Source of the DNA: Phoronis australis
Taxonomy: Eukaryota > Animalia > Phoronida
DNA length: 64,000 nucleotides
Direction: 5' to 3'
NCBI GenBank assembly: GCA_002633005.1
Contig: NMRA01000038.1
Location: forward strand, 829,329 to 893,328
Shown here: positions 12,201-27,200 of the stretch, one piece after another
How the letters are laid out: the number at the start of each line of letters is the position of its first letter
Numbering within the stretch: the stretch's first letter is position 1
Notes under the pieces: generated by a model
Told to the model about the DNA's origin: nothing
What the model saw: only the letters and a program-made list of their open reading frames with translations
The model's database searches: none
Position numbers and translations under genes: made by a program

Positions 12201-15200
12201 GAATTTTCCGCGGAAACGCGGATTTCCACTTTTTTCAAATGTTCTGTCCGCGCATTTTATTATATTTCCACGTAAAAAAATCGGATTTGATATAAAATTT
12301 CCGTGGCAAATTCCTTTCTTGCTGCGGCGTTGCCGACAACGTTCACCTCGAAAAGCGGAAGTTGCTCTTTATGTTTCGGAGGAATGTAAATTTTCAACAT
12401 TGCCGGGGCATCTGGGATAGCGTGGTGGGATTTTCAATGGCGTGTCGTGTGATTGTGAACCGCGGTGACAAATACTACGGCTCTGCAGCCAAAAATGTGT
12501 GGGGGTGGGAGTGGAGGAGTGGATGGACGAGATAAAAAGACGCAGACGCATGCTACTGATGGTGGTAACGTTTTTTTTTAGTCATACCGATTTTTGTCGG
12601 CAAAAGGTTCACATCAGCTATTTTAAGGCTGGTTAGCGCACATGTTTTGGGCCGTAAAAGTTTCCGCGTTTTTTGTCATTGGTCATTCCAAGCCCTGCCA
12701 ATAAGAAGCGTGTAATGCGAGATATGTGTGCTTGCAGGGACGGCTCATTTGTTCTAATGTCATCCATATATATAAGTTTTTGTTTACTTATTTAGTTATT
12801 ATATGTGAAAGTAATATTAATTTAATTTCTGGACAGCAAAGTCATCTTTTGATCAAATTTTCAATAAATACGTATAAATGAAAATGGAGCTAGCTTGGTT
12901 AGCCATGTGCTAAAACATAATTTTGTGTGCTTCTTGCTATACTTTAGTAGGTTAGAGCACGCAAATGCAACTTTAAGGTTTGACTAAAGTGTCAATATGT
13001 GCACATGCGTTAATCAAATTTGTCTTGTCTCATAGCTATCAAATGTCATGTTTCATTCTGTAGGAAGATGATTTTCATCAATGAAAAAGAACATTTGTAT
13101 TAAAAAGATGAATAAAAATTGATAATAAGTTTTTCGATTATTATTTGTAGTGTTTTTAAAATCTATGAGAACTTGGGACAACCAAGCTTTACTCGAAGCT
13201 GCTAAAAATTGACTAATAACACGGCATGGTTCCAATAGATTTTCAAATTTCGTGTGATGTGATTTGTCAGTTTTTGACTTGAGCAAAAGTTGATGATCTT
13301 GGGCTCAGGAGACGTGGTGTAGGATTTAGCGTGTTATCTGGTCGTCACTTCTGTCTTTTTATGCTATAGCCGTTCTGGCCCACGGGCTCTGGATGTGCAC
13401 GAGGATTCCTGGGTTGCTTCGACGCAGCATGGATGATGAAGAATTGGACGTCAGGCAAGATGACGCCTCTAGAGGTCATCGCAGAGCGCGAGAGCATCTT
13501 CACGCTTTTGTCACAGACTTCACCCGAGAATCTCAGCAAGGACCACCATCAATACACAATACACCCCAATACAAGGCAAGTTCACCATGAGTCTTCACTT
13601 GAAGAATTTTTTACAGGGCCTCAATTTCATCTCCCAAGTCGATATCCCTTAAATGCAAGATCGTTCAAGCAGAATGTCGTCATGAAAATAATTTATTTCC
13701 AAATGTTGTGCTTTCAACAAAAAATGGTGATTTTGCTATATAACGAGAATTTCGCCTAAAGTAGCGTATCCCTTATAAAACTGTGGCCTTATCTAATCAA
13801 AACAATTTCCATACAAACAAACAACTAAAAACGAGAGCGCTCGGAGGAGCGACACTTGGCGGAATCTAAAAGACGACGATGGAGAGGACGACGACGATCA
13901 TGACGACGAAGGCGGCAATTGTGAATAACACGATAACATTCATTAGACTAGATAAAAAATCAAATAGAGAGCATATAATGAACTACAATAAAGAACAATA
14001 GATGGCACAACATGGCGGACGAGCCATGCTTTGTTCTCACAATCCAAAATAGGTGGCACTATGTGACAGTCTGCTGAGCAAAGTTATGTTTATATTAGTA
14101 TTTGGCCGGGGATTCCAGTCTACAGTACGACAGTGCTAGCTGGGTCAGTCGGGGTCACAACTCTCTGTTAACTTGTACAGACATAACCAAAACAAAGTGA
14201 ACTGAAAGCCGAACAACGGTATCCTAAAATTTCGAATAATTCAAAAGTAGACGTTGTAGCGCAAAATGGAAAATATCTTCTGAAAGCCCGTCCACAACTC
14301 TACCTACTTTGATAGAGCATACAATCAACTACAATAAAGAACAATAGATGGCGCAACATGACGGACGAGCCATGCTTTACAGTAGGACAGTGCTGGCTGG
14401 GTCAGTCTGGGTCAACTAGGCATAACCAAAACAAAGCCAGCCAGCTGCGTGCTTGCAAAGGTGACTGAATTGGAACAACGGTATCCGTAAATCTCGAATA
14501 ATTCAAAAAGTAGACGTCGTAGCGCAAAATGAAAAATATCTCCTGAAAGCCCGTTCAAAACTCTATCTGAAGTGGTAGTTTGGCAAAAATCCAAAAAATT
14601 TTCGAGAAAATTGAAAATTTGCCGTTTTTTTTGGAAATTTAAAGTCAAATAACTCGAAAACAGTAAGTCTGAGAAATACGCTCTCGCAGACTTTTTGAAA
14701 GGCCATACGTCAAGGAATCCAAATGCAAAAATTCACGTCATTTGCTCTTCCCATAAAAAATGCGACAACAGAGCGATTGAAACCGTGTGAACATGCCCCA
14801 CAGCCGCCATCTTGAAAGTGACTTCCGGTTCAATAATTTTTTATAAAAGCTTATTTAACTCAACAAACACGTGACCAGTTTGAAATTAATTGGTTTGCAA
14901 ATGCGCCCTCTACGGGAGAAAACGTTTTTGGCCATATTTCGGGGTGCGCATGCGCCACGGCCAATATTTCCGCCATCTTTAACCGGAAGTCAACGATTTT
15001 CTGCACAGTTGTAGCATATGGGTTCTAGTATAATCGTACAGATTTTGAGCCATGTACGTCGAAAAATGCGGCCTCTACGAGTATTTGACTGTGAAATCGG
15101 ATACAAAATGGCCGCCACGTCCGCCATTTTGTATCCGATCATGACCAAAAACAATAGCGTTCCAGTACATCCCAATCTACATGTTCTGTGCAAATTTCGT

Positions 15201-18200
15201 GAAAATCGGACGAAAATTGCGACCTGTAGAGTGCGAACAAAAAAAAAAAAAACTTGACGACAGAGCAACATACTTGTCGGAATTCGAAGAATTCCGCCAA
15301 GTAATGAGTATTGAGGAAAAAATACTTGAATTACATTTGCTTGGAATAACTTATACATACATTTGAGTACGGGTTACATGCACCAGCAAGTCACTGTGCC
15401 AGATTTTGAGAACCAATTTGATGCCTGTTATTCAGTGGATAAAACTGTATCTGATAATGCAGGACACTGTTAGTGACTGTTAGCCATGTGCCCTATGTGA
15501 AGCTGTGCCTATATGTGAAGCTGTGCCTATATGCGAAGCTGTGCCTATATGCGAAGCTGTGCCTATATGCGAAGCTGTGCCTATATGTGAAGCTGTGCCT
15601 ATATGTGAAGCTGTGCCTATATGTGAAGCTGTGCCTATATGTGAAGCTGTGCCTGTATGCGAAACTGTGCCCGTATGCGAAGCTGTGCCTGTATGCGAAG
15701 CTGTGCCTGTATGTGAAGTTGTTCCTATATCAAAAACGTGTACATGTCTATACGTGAAACTTGATGATCAAATCTGTGAAATATTGACTTATCCGTTACA
15801 AAAGAATAAACGTGTATTCAGTTTTATATGAATAATTAATCTTTTAAATGAAAGTACTAAAAATGAACAAAAATAGCGTGTCAGTGTACAACACACTTGT
15901 ATTCAAGGATTTCCACTTCCACCTAAAGTGAAGGGTATGAACGTGTGCTAATTATAAACAGGTGTCTTTGAAAAGTCGGGTTGCTTTAGATGTAAGCGAA
16001 GGGTTTCTCATTATGCGTATATTTTTTTGAAGACTGGAGATTTCCTTCCGACTTGTTTTTGATACTGTACAGATTGGTTAATGTGGGTCTTGGTGTACCC
16101 TCCTGTCTGTAGATGCCAAATGTTTTAGTTACAAAATGCAGTGTAAGAATAACACTGTGATAACAATGTTGATAACATTTATTTCAGGAGCCATAAATAG
16201 ACCTTAAATGTGTAATGTCTTGTTCACAGGTATCGTACGGTGAACAAAGACGCTGTGAAGCCTATACAAGTGCGCCACCTGTACACGGGAGATGCAGTTC
16301 TCAAGGACCAGATAGTGAAGGCTCCCTCCAAAAAACTCAAGCCAGGTAAACTTCACTACCCTACCTGTAAACATTTTCTTAATGGGCGTTGGATGCCAAA
16401 GATTGATCTTGGAGAATTCTTGAGCCTGTGAACGTGTTGTGGTTTGAATGGCCTTTTGAATATCTTGAATTAGGAAATTGTTCAGTTATTTTGCTCAAAA
16501 ATAATTGTCCTATTTGGACTTTTTCTTTTTTTGAAGATTCAACACCTCCCTTATCAAAGTGTTGTTTCATAACTGCAGTCCTGGGCTAATAATTCGCTGT
16601 ATGGAGTTGAGTATTTTAAATGTATATTGAGCGGTGTTTTGATAATATGGCTATTACCTTTGGACATCCTGTTTCACACCATGACTATTGTCGAATATTT
16701 AAGTTTGAGACGATCACAAAAGCGAGTTTTGAAATAAGGCTAGTGACACTTGTTGTTTTCTATGGCTATGCTGTTTTCAAAATGGAACTCCATTCATTTA
16801 GATCCACGGAAGTAGTGATCAATATAAGTTCAAATGTTTTTGTAGAAAAATCTGACAAAATAAATCCCCACATTGCGGTGATAGTTTCTGGTAAATATTT
16901 AACGATTAACTGCTTTCTTTGTCATCTAATCCGAGTTGAGTGACTTTCTGAAAGTCTTTAGTATTTTGAACTGTACTGGGATCGTCATGACCAATAAGTG
17001 TGCCGTCCGTTGCAGAGTACACTGGGGCTGTCGACAGTGACCATCTGTTGAAATGGTGCCAGAAACAACTGGACAAGTACAAGAACATAGTCAAAGTTAC
17101 GGACCTCACGTCTTCATGGAAGAATGGGTTGGCCGTGTGTGCTCTGATTCACCTCTACAGGCCGGATTTAATGTAAGGACATTTTTACTGGTGTTTTAGT
17201 TGTTTTCAAAGTTTGACCATATCTTCTTAAAGTCTTATGTTTTTGTTGAGTTTATGAGATGAAGATAAATGGAAATTAGCATTCGTTGGAAATTGTCACA
17301 ATCGAAAAATTTTATGAAAATGAAATTTTACGAGGAAGAGATGAAAGAAAGGAGAGAAAGAAATTAAACAAAAATCTGAAATTTTTGATGACTAGAAAAC
17401 CATAATTATGTTCATCTGTTGGTTTCTGACAAGAATTCCAGAGCGTGCCTGCCCCTTGCTGATTTTTATGAAAACCACAGTATTTAGAACTAAGTGTTGG
17501 TTGACATTTCTAAGATCCAGTGTGTTGGTTATGCTTTGAGTTGAAGTCTATTGGGTGCTGCGGTATTGTCACTGGTGCCTATTATCTCAGAGTAGTCTAA
17601 TTTAGTAGTTGTGTTTGTGTTATGCATTGTGGTGAATTTCTACGCATTTGTTCTAGCAACCTGAACACCCTCCACGAAAACAACGTTGCCCAAAATAACC
17701 AGCTAGCATTCAACACAGCCGAGCGTGAGCTAGGCATCTCACCTATAATGACGGGTCAGGAGATGGCTGACTGTGACGTGCCTGACAAGCTGTTCGTCGT
17801 CTCGTACGTGTCGCAGTTTTACGAACTGTTCAAGAATGAGCGGCCTAACAGAAGTAAGTCGTAGTGTTGAAGGTTTGTTGAAAGTGCTATACCGGCGACA
17901 TCTGGTGCACAAGGAGGCTATTTAACTTTTATTTGAAACAGATCACGCCTAATCACTTACACTGTAAAAGGTTCTCTTTGAAAAGTTAAACTGGTCCCCT
18001 ATGACACTTGCTGTGAAAACAAAGTAATTCCTGGTGCAGCCAGTTGGGGATCATAATCATTTGTAAGATCCATTGTGTCGGTTATAGCCTGCATTGATGA
18101 CTATCTTTTGCTGAAGTTTTGACTGTTATACTTATATCTGTTTCTTGCTTTCTCTGTTATGATGACCCAGTTTTTATCGATAAAACACTGCTTTAAGACT

Positions 18201-21200
18201 GATATATACGTGTTTTTCTAGGCTTTAAGTCTCCCAAGACATCAGCTAGCAAGCCATCATCTCTCAAGTCACCCCGGCGACAGGAGTCTGCTGGTAAAAG
18301 ATCTCAGTTAACCATTAAGCCGTCAGCTCCTCCGCTGACCGCGCCCACAGGTGCACAGAAAGCCTCCTTGTTGAATCGGCTGACCAACTCATTGGCCAAG
18401 ACTAAACGAGTAAGACACTTGTGAGGCTTGTTTTAAATCCACTTGTTTTCAGCGAATGTCTCTGGTTTGCACTATTGTATATGCCCAAACTTGCCATAAG
18501 TTCGGAACATGCGTTCGCGTTCTTGCCAATTCTTTTTGTGGACACGCTCGCCAGTTCTTCTATAGAAGAAGGCGAATCTTTCTTCTCATTTTCCTGATCT
18601 ATTTTTTGGCTATTCACCTGTACATATTCAAAATAACTGAGTTTTTGTAAAACATGGGAGAGATATTGATCAAAGGTTGAAAGCTGGTCCATAGCACATT
18701 CATATTTGTTGTATTCCTCAATCTGACTGTTGTTGTGTGCCAAGATCTGGCAATTTCTCATCAAAAGATCTTTCAGCAGTGTAGCTTGACTTTCTCAAGT
18801 TGATTACATCAGTTTTTCGCCATAATAGGATCAGAAAATGGATGATCGCCACAAAAATGAAAAACTTCATGCTTGACTGATATATCGACACTTGATGTCT
18901 TATTGTTTATAACCTGATGATGTCGAATGAATAGATGAAATGTTGAATCAATATGAACTTTTTTCATTTGTGCGGCGATTGTCCATTTTTTATCTTTCTC
19001 AAGTTGTCTCTGACCCCTTGCTAAAATGTTGTTCCATTGTCTAAAACGTATATGTAAATGGAGGCTGTAAGTTGCTGTACTGATGTGACAAAAAGAATTT
19101 GGCGAGAACGAGAAATTTAATCCTTGAGCTTGTTTTTTAGCCTTGACTACTTTGTGTACCATGTTTTTTTCTACTAACGGTGTTTCACTTAATTTCACTT
19201 GTTTAAACAGTCCTTGAGTTGAGTTTCTATTTTTTCTACTTATGTTTGAGTTGTATTATATTGTGCATGTATTTTGTTATTCTTTACACAATTAACAACA
19301 GCATATTCACCCTTAACATCCTGGCACTTTTTGTTGACCTAGATAAAAAGTCTCATCTGGGCCATTGGGGTAATTACATTAACACTCATTTGCATGTTGG
19401 GTTCAGTTTTCCTAAATTTTATTGGATGACATATGTTCGAGTTATTTGAACTATTGTAAACTGAAAATTCGTTAACTAGTTTGTATATTTTAATAAATAC
19501 AATAATTGATATTCAGTATTTGTTGTCTTTCTTACTCAGAGATTGTGTAATAGCATCCATGTGATATACTCAAAGTTGTGAAAAAGACTTGGAAAACCAG
19601 ATGGGGCTTAATATTTTTTCTTGGTATGATTTATCTAGTGTTTTTTTGAAGTTCTTTACCTAATAGCTGATGTCAGTTAAAAACGTTGCTGTATTGAGAA
19701 TTTCCTGCTCATCAGCAGAATGTGACATCTGAACTGATGCAAATTTGTACTTTGCAGTGTTTGCTAGCTAAAAGTTCTTTAAAAATTGCTCTTGGGTAAC
19801 ATTGAAATTTGGCGTCTTTCCTAAAAAGCGGGAAAATCATTGCTCCTCCTTGAGTACAAAGAGCAGTGAATAACTAAGTAATAAACCTAGAGGGAGCTGT
19901 TCATTGCTAGTCTTTTGTTTTAGCTGGCTGTGTCAGCTAGCTATTGTATTCTGGGCAATACGGGATATTTATTATAGGATTACTGACACTTCTAAGCTGT
20001 CCTCTAAAACACAGTATAACCACTTCCATTATTAAGTGATGTTGCCTGGGTGGCCATGTAATTTCACTTATCATTCAAGTTGCTCCGACGACAGTCTTGA
20101 TCTGACAAAACAAGGATCTATAATTCACGGATCGCGTAAATGAAGTTATTTAGTTGGCGATGATACTGCATCAAAGCAGGATAAGACATGTGAATCTAGC
20201 TAGAGAAAAATCAGAGGAAGGAATGATCAGTGAGAACTCTGATCATATGATCCTTGTGATAGCATTATTTCAGCATTGTCTCACTCGCCCAATACATTAC
20301 TTTAAATTGCTCTTTGGATCGGTACATGTTTGTGTATTTCATGGTATCACACCTTGCCAGAGCCTGCTAATTTGATTACATAAATTGACCATTGTTACAT
20401 GAGAGACAGCAAGTGCATACAGCTGAGGTTCACCAGAAATCAAAATGACAGTGTCAAAATATACAGGATTTTAGTGAGATAAGTATGTCATAAGAGTGCT
20501 TACAACCGTACTGTGTTGACAGGACCGGAAGGAACGAGAAAGTATTATGAGAATTGAGAAGACAAAAATGGTGGAACGTCACAGGCAAATGTTGATAGAG
20601 AAACAACAACAGGCGGAAGCTGTGATGGGGTCAAAGTTTGTTCCAGAGCGGGAAATAAAGTTTGGGAACTTGACAAAGAAGCGAATTGCACAGATGGATT
20701 CAGTAGTAAGTATATCATATCTTTTACAAAATACCAAATTTTGTGTTAATTTTCTTCATTTGTAGAGAATGCGGTGAAACTTACTGAAGTTGAACCCAGT
20801 TGGTGAAATTTTACTGATGTGTGGGCCGGAGGGCATGGACTAGAACAACGTGACTGGAGAACTGAGAGTTAAAGATGTATTTGCATGCTCCCAATTATGC
20901 TGATGTTGCAGGAACTAAATGGTGGCTCACATAATCCGCATAATGCAGTGTTGTTCCTCAACACCATGTCACGATACTTATTGGACACGGTTGAGTGATT
21001 TACGGCAGACCATTTTCGACACAAAACTCAGTCTCAAAAACATTTGGCAATTTTCAACCTACTTCATATTCACATCGTCACTATATGTTGTGTTTCTAAC
21101 TAATTTGACCAAACAATCACTGTGATAAGGAATTAGAAGCGTACAAGTTCCACTTTAATCCAAAATCTGACTGATGAATATCTTATTTCTGAATGTCCGA

Positions 21201-24200
21201 CATGCGTGTTATACGATTTCAGTCACTTACACGGGGTGCTGCATTTTGAGAGCCAGTTTGTTCCACTGAACAATGGGCGTCAAACTTGTTCTTAAAATTG
21301 ATACCCCTGCAAGTGATCACTGTCACTGTTAATGTAGTGATATTTATCTCCAATTACGGGCACAGTGCCAAGTATGTTATGTTTTTACACTGTGGAAAGA
21401 ATATTGATCATCGTATATGAATATTTTTGAAATGCGCTTGATACAAAGTTTATAAAATGTTGCTTATTAGTGAGAAAAATTTATAGAATTGACTGCTTAT
21501 TGGGGTTTACAGTGAACCATTCCTGTTGGAAAGTGAAATGGCTTTATGATTAACGTGAAGTTGATGGATCCGTCAGCAAAGCTACATTTGTGTTCATATG
21601 CAAGATTCTTAAAAATATGTTGTGTGGCACGAGAGAATTTTCAAAAACTATATGATCAGTGGATGGAGTTTCCACTGAAATGCTTCCAGTAAAAAGTTGA
21701 CTAAACAGTCAACCAAAGGCGTTACAACGAATCTTTTACATGACATCTTATTCACAGTTGCTGTAGCAACTAAGCTCCAGACATGCAAAACACAAGATAA
21801 TTGGTTGCTCCGTTTGCCTTTCATTTTCGAGGGAGGGGGTTTGTGAAAAGTGTATGTTTTTAAAATGGCAGTTACTATGAGTGGTCCCAAAAGCATTTTA
21901 TTGAAGTGTTTTGATAATTGTTGACTGTTGAATATTTTCTAGGATGCCATGGATAACAAATATTCAAAATATGAAGAGATTGACGCGAAGATAAAGGAAA
22001 CGACGAGAGTCATGGAGAAAGGGAACCTGGGTAATATGGATACTGGTGTGCGTGGCTCTAATCTTGTTAGCGCCATGGCAACAGCCCTGACTACCAAAAT
22101 GGAGGAGACTCAAAAAGTACCATCACCCCCACCAAAGAAAAAGGTAAACCTGAGTAATAGTGTTTTGAGTGCTGACACTCCGTTCAAAGTTGCTTCAAAG
22201 CTCACCTGTCGCAGCATTCCAATAATTTTGCTATTCGTCTAGAGGGAAAGGGAGTACTTCCAAGGGCTTACGGATTTTTAATAAGTACCATTGTCCAGTC
22301 AAACAGATTTGATTTCTTTGATTATGATCTTTCCTGGATGGATAAAGATTTAGCTTTTAAGATATTTCTTCGTGATGAAAATTTTAATGTTTTGATTTAA
22401 TGTTCAGTAAATGGTATTTCAGAGGAGCTCTGAGCTATAAAAAGTCTGGGGCTCTTGTACCTTGATTTGCCAGTCTTAAATTTTTTCTTGTGTAATTTTG
22501 TCTTGCTGAATGTCTTTTCACCTACATGCCTTGGGACAAACTTTGTATTTTACGGTACATACGTTGAATCTATTTTTTGTGAATTTCTTCAATATGTCTA
22601 ATTTGAACTTTTTCACAGAACACTGCAGAACAGCTAGCCTTCCATCACCCGAAGGCGAGCGAGTTCTGCTACTTCTGTAAGAAGCGTGTTTATCTGATGG
22701 AGAGGCAGAGTGCTGAGGGTTACTTCTTCCACCGTGGCTGCCTCAAGTGTGAGTACTGTGGCGCCACCTTGCGGCCTGGCTCGCATGCCTTCCAGAGGAC
22801 CGTCGAGGGAGAAGGTGAGTTGAATCCTACCCTTTACTTTTAGCAATAAAAGCTGGTGCGGCAAGTTGGTGTGTATTTTAAACTTATTTAATCATTTTAG
22901 CTAATTTCACCAAATGACTAAGTCTTAGAGCTAATGTTGGGAATCGGCGATTTAAAATCACAAAATGGACCGGTTTTGCTCTTTCAAAGCTCTGGTCAAG
23001 GCTAGTTACCTCTTGTAGTCTACATGACAATTGTCACTTATAGGGTCCGGATTCTGAGAACCAGTTTGATGCCTGTTATTGACTGGATAAAACTGGTTCT
23101 CACAATGCTGGACCCATGTAAGTGACTAACTAACTATCCTACCTAACAGTAACCCCTCAATCAAATTTTTCGGCTCTAAAATTGGTTGTGTCTAACGTAG
23201 TGCTAATGATTGGGTCAAGCTAAACATGGAATAAATCAAATTGGAGGTTACAAATCTTCCCCTTTTAAGAATCAATGAATTCAATGCATTCCATTTTTGG
23301 TATGCATAATTAGTCACTCGGACTCGCCGTGCAATTTTAGGAATTAATTTTTTTGTGAAATTACAGCACTATTATCATATGCTTGTATCGGTGTTGCAGG
23401 CAAATTCTACTGCACACAACACTTGGGTATGCAGAAGAGGATTCGAAGGAAGCGAAGTTTCACAGACATGACTGACACGGTAGTTATCATGCAATGTTTT
23501 TGTCCAAGTCCTTCATGTTTGTTGTTCAGTATTTGTCCATGTTAGGATTTGTCGAAGCAACCGTCAAACTACTTGAAAATGTAACTGCAGTGTTTATGTT
23601 ATTGTAGCTTTTTTATAACTGATTACGCATTTTTTAAAAAATGTTGCTGCTGATGAACATTCTGCTGGACAAATCATTTCAAAAAATATTCATGAACTCC
23701 TTTATTGCAGTACTCTTACTTTCTATTTGCTTATACTTGACAAATGTTTGCCTGTCACTAAATATGGTAGTCGTCAACTTGTTGTAACTTTGTTGACGAG
23801 AGTGTTGATTGTCAGTTTCCATTACTTTTTTCACAGGAGAATATTCCCTCCATCTCCACTGAAGGCCCAGATACATCGTCCTTATTTGATATACCTGACA
23901 TACCGCCCATTAGCAAGCCAAAAACACCCAGAGGTTCGTATGTTTAGAGTTGGTGCTAGAGTGGTTGTTTCTGACTTTCACTGATTTCTGAATGACTTCT
24001 TTGTTCTAAAATGTACTAAAAAATAAATTAAAGCTGCATTGGGTTTAAGAATATCATCAGGCTCACGTGATTTTGAATTATTGCCGAATGAGCTGGCAAA
24101 TCAAGCCACAGGCATTGCCTTTATGCGCCTTTTTCGAATTTGGAATTTAAGGGTTGACCAACCCCAATAAACTTTGAAACATTTTTTTGAGTCACTGATG

Positions 24201-27200
24201 GTTTTGATGTTTTTGTTGGTAACACAAATAAGATATCGGATCACAGTAAAGAATATTATGTGACCGATGTTAAGAGATCAAAAGGCCTGATCGAGTTTGT
24301 TTTTTATGTGGCTAAACGGGGCGAAATGTACATTATGTAATATTGATATCCAATATATAGAACAAAACAGAGACATTTACCCATTATAATAATTACTAAA
24401 AGTGGATTATAAAAGTACTTCTGTTTCAGTTGTGTTTTTAACAGTTTTTCTGTTCTTACATTAACTGTGCTATGGAAAGATCTATTCTATGCAAAAACAA
24501 TTAATTAATTGCTCAGTTAAACTAAGGCACAGACTCAGATGGCAGTCAAGGGTGATTGATTTAATTCTCATTTTCAATTTTTTGAGCAGACAACTTTTCT
24601 AGCTTGCCCTAGTTCGCAAGTGCTTCCAATTTTTCCAAGGGGTATTTGAATGTTATTAGACAGAATGTTATTGGACAGAATGTTATTGGACAGAATGTTA
24701 TTAGACAGTGATGTGAAGACGTGATCCACAACTCCGCTGTGAGACTTTTTTGAGGGAAGCAGTCTGAGATAGTACTGGGACATGCCTATTTTACACATTA
24801 CCCGTTGTTCAGTTGAAGGGCAGACAGGTGTCTGAAGGAAGTTACCCTGCATATGTATTAAGCATGTACTTCTTGTATTTATTGGTACAAAAGTTTCAAT
24901 TAGTGACAGAATATTCGAGAACTGTCAGTTTTAAACTTTTATTACTGCTTGCATTCAAATTTCTGCAAAGTGCCGTTTAATTATACCTGGGCTCTATGAA
25001 CTATGTTAACTAAAAAGTAAAATGTTATTTTAAATATTAGGTATTTTTGTTGAGGAATGCATCAAAATAAAACTTGTTTCGTAAAAGACTTTTTGCCATG
25101 TATTCTGTTTTCATTCTTCATTTCTCCATTTCCCGCCTAGCCATGGATCAGCTGTCAATTGCTCAGATGAAGCAGCGCACCCAAACGCCAGAACGAATCG
25201 AGTTTGAGCTCAGTTTTGATGAGAATATGATGGAACCAGACGAAGACGTGTTGACGGAGCACAACCTGCGATCGTCCATGAGCACGGAGAATCTGTCAGA
25301 CAATGAAGATGATTGGACCACAGAGTCTGAGTAAGCATAGCTGTCATGACAAGATATGGTATTTTGCTTTTGTAATATTCGTTGATTGGAGCTTTTGGGG
25401 CTATAGAGCAATTTCTTTGAGGTGGAGTCCTGGTTTTGCTGCTCTTTTATCTTTTCAGAAGCTCTGGTTGTTTTTTAGAGTTAGTTTTTATGAGGAATTC
25501 TTGTTATTTGCTTAATATGAAGTGTGAAATTTCTGCACAATTGACTCCAGTGATCAATTTTGGAGTATGCTTTGTGCCATTGGAGCATCAGAAATTTCAG
25601 TGACACTGAGATCATTTGGCCCATTGAATTTTTTTGATAACACAGTCACGGCAATATTACCAACTTCAAGTGAACTGGACTAAAGTTGACCTACACTGTT
25701 GTGTCTCCAGGTCAACTGACGTGTATTTATGTTAAATCATCCTTGTGACTGATGAAGTCATGATTGTGTCATTATCGTGGATGACAAGTGTATGAACCTA
25801 TTAGCTTAATTTTAGTTTACGGTACTATCTCACCAACTTTGGACAAAAATGACGGCCAATTGGGGCTTTTTTTTCATTATCAAGCTATTCTAACACTGTA
25901 ACAGTTGTGAATGCCCATAATTGTTCAAAGCCTGGTCTGTTAATAGCTGTGCAACATGGCAAAGCATTAGTGTGACATATCTTTCATGTAGAAAATCAGG
26001 ACCGAAGTAAAATTTCAGCTGTCGTCCATGTTGTGTCCTATAGTGGTTAGATTTTACGGTACTTAAAAATTGCTATGAAAGAATGATCTGAACATGAGAT
26101 TGCGGAATGAACCCTTAAGTTGCTGGTTTCAACCAAGGTGGACCACGAGTGGAGAGAGTGAAACGGACACAGACGATTCCGACTGGGCATCGGAAAGTGG
26201 CAGCCAGGAATCCGAGGGGTAACCTTGCATGGCTTGGTGTTGTGGTCTGCATTTTCCACCATCCAAGCGCTTTTGTTACACTCCCACCCAGTTACACTAA
26301 CCATTTTTATGCGCCCATATATTACTATGTGGGTGCATTATGCTGTCATCTCTGTCTGTCTATCCGTCCGTGCGTCTGGTCGGTGTCTGGCATCTGGCGT
26401 CCACTGCAGTTTCTCCAAAACCCCTTGATGCATGCTCATGAAAGTTTGCAGATATTTTCCTTTCATGGATTAGAAGGCATGAGCGAATTTTTAGTACTGG
26501 TGTGCCGCCTAGTGGCAAATTTATTTTTTTATGTTCTCCTCTGTATCTTATGTGTTCCTTAACGGATTTTCATGAAATTTGGTAAATAGTATTATTAAGA
26601 TGACGCCACCTTCACATTTTCAAATGGATTCAACATATTTTGTGCCACCCAGTGACCATTTTTACTGTTTTGGAGTCTGTTTTTACCATCTGCCCCTCTA
26701 CAGGGTGATTATTGACAGATAATATGTTCTTAATCAGAAGAGGATGGCTGTCAATGATTTTTGGACAGTTCTGACTACAGTGGCCCCTGGTAGTGACAGT
26801 TTTGTTTTTGTTTTCGTTTTTTGTGTCCATGCCTGTATCTCCTATACCTTCAGTAGGATCTTTGTTAAATTTCGCAAGTGTATTTATGTGTAGGTCACAA
26901 CAGGTGGCAACGACTTTTCGGACAGAGCCAACAACTGCTGTGCCCTCTAGTGACATTTTTATTGCTTTGGAGTTTTTAGCTTCCGCCTCTTAGTCAGCCA
27001 AACCACTCTTAGGATGACGATGAAAATTGGCATTTATCTTCTAATTTTGTTACTGGTAAGAGGACATGTAATGATGATTTTTGGATGGCATCGATTACTG
27101 TGGCACCTCCTACTGGCAGTTTTGTTTTTGTTGCGCCTGTGCCTGTATCTCCTAAACTCTCAGGAGGATCGTTAAATTTGTGTATTTGTATAAAGATGAC

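Noticed and set aside
15473-15831. Repetitive ORFs (PICEAV)n and (YVKLCL)n
   Set aside because: Translations of an 18-bp intronic minisatellite
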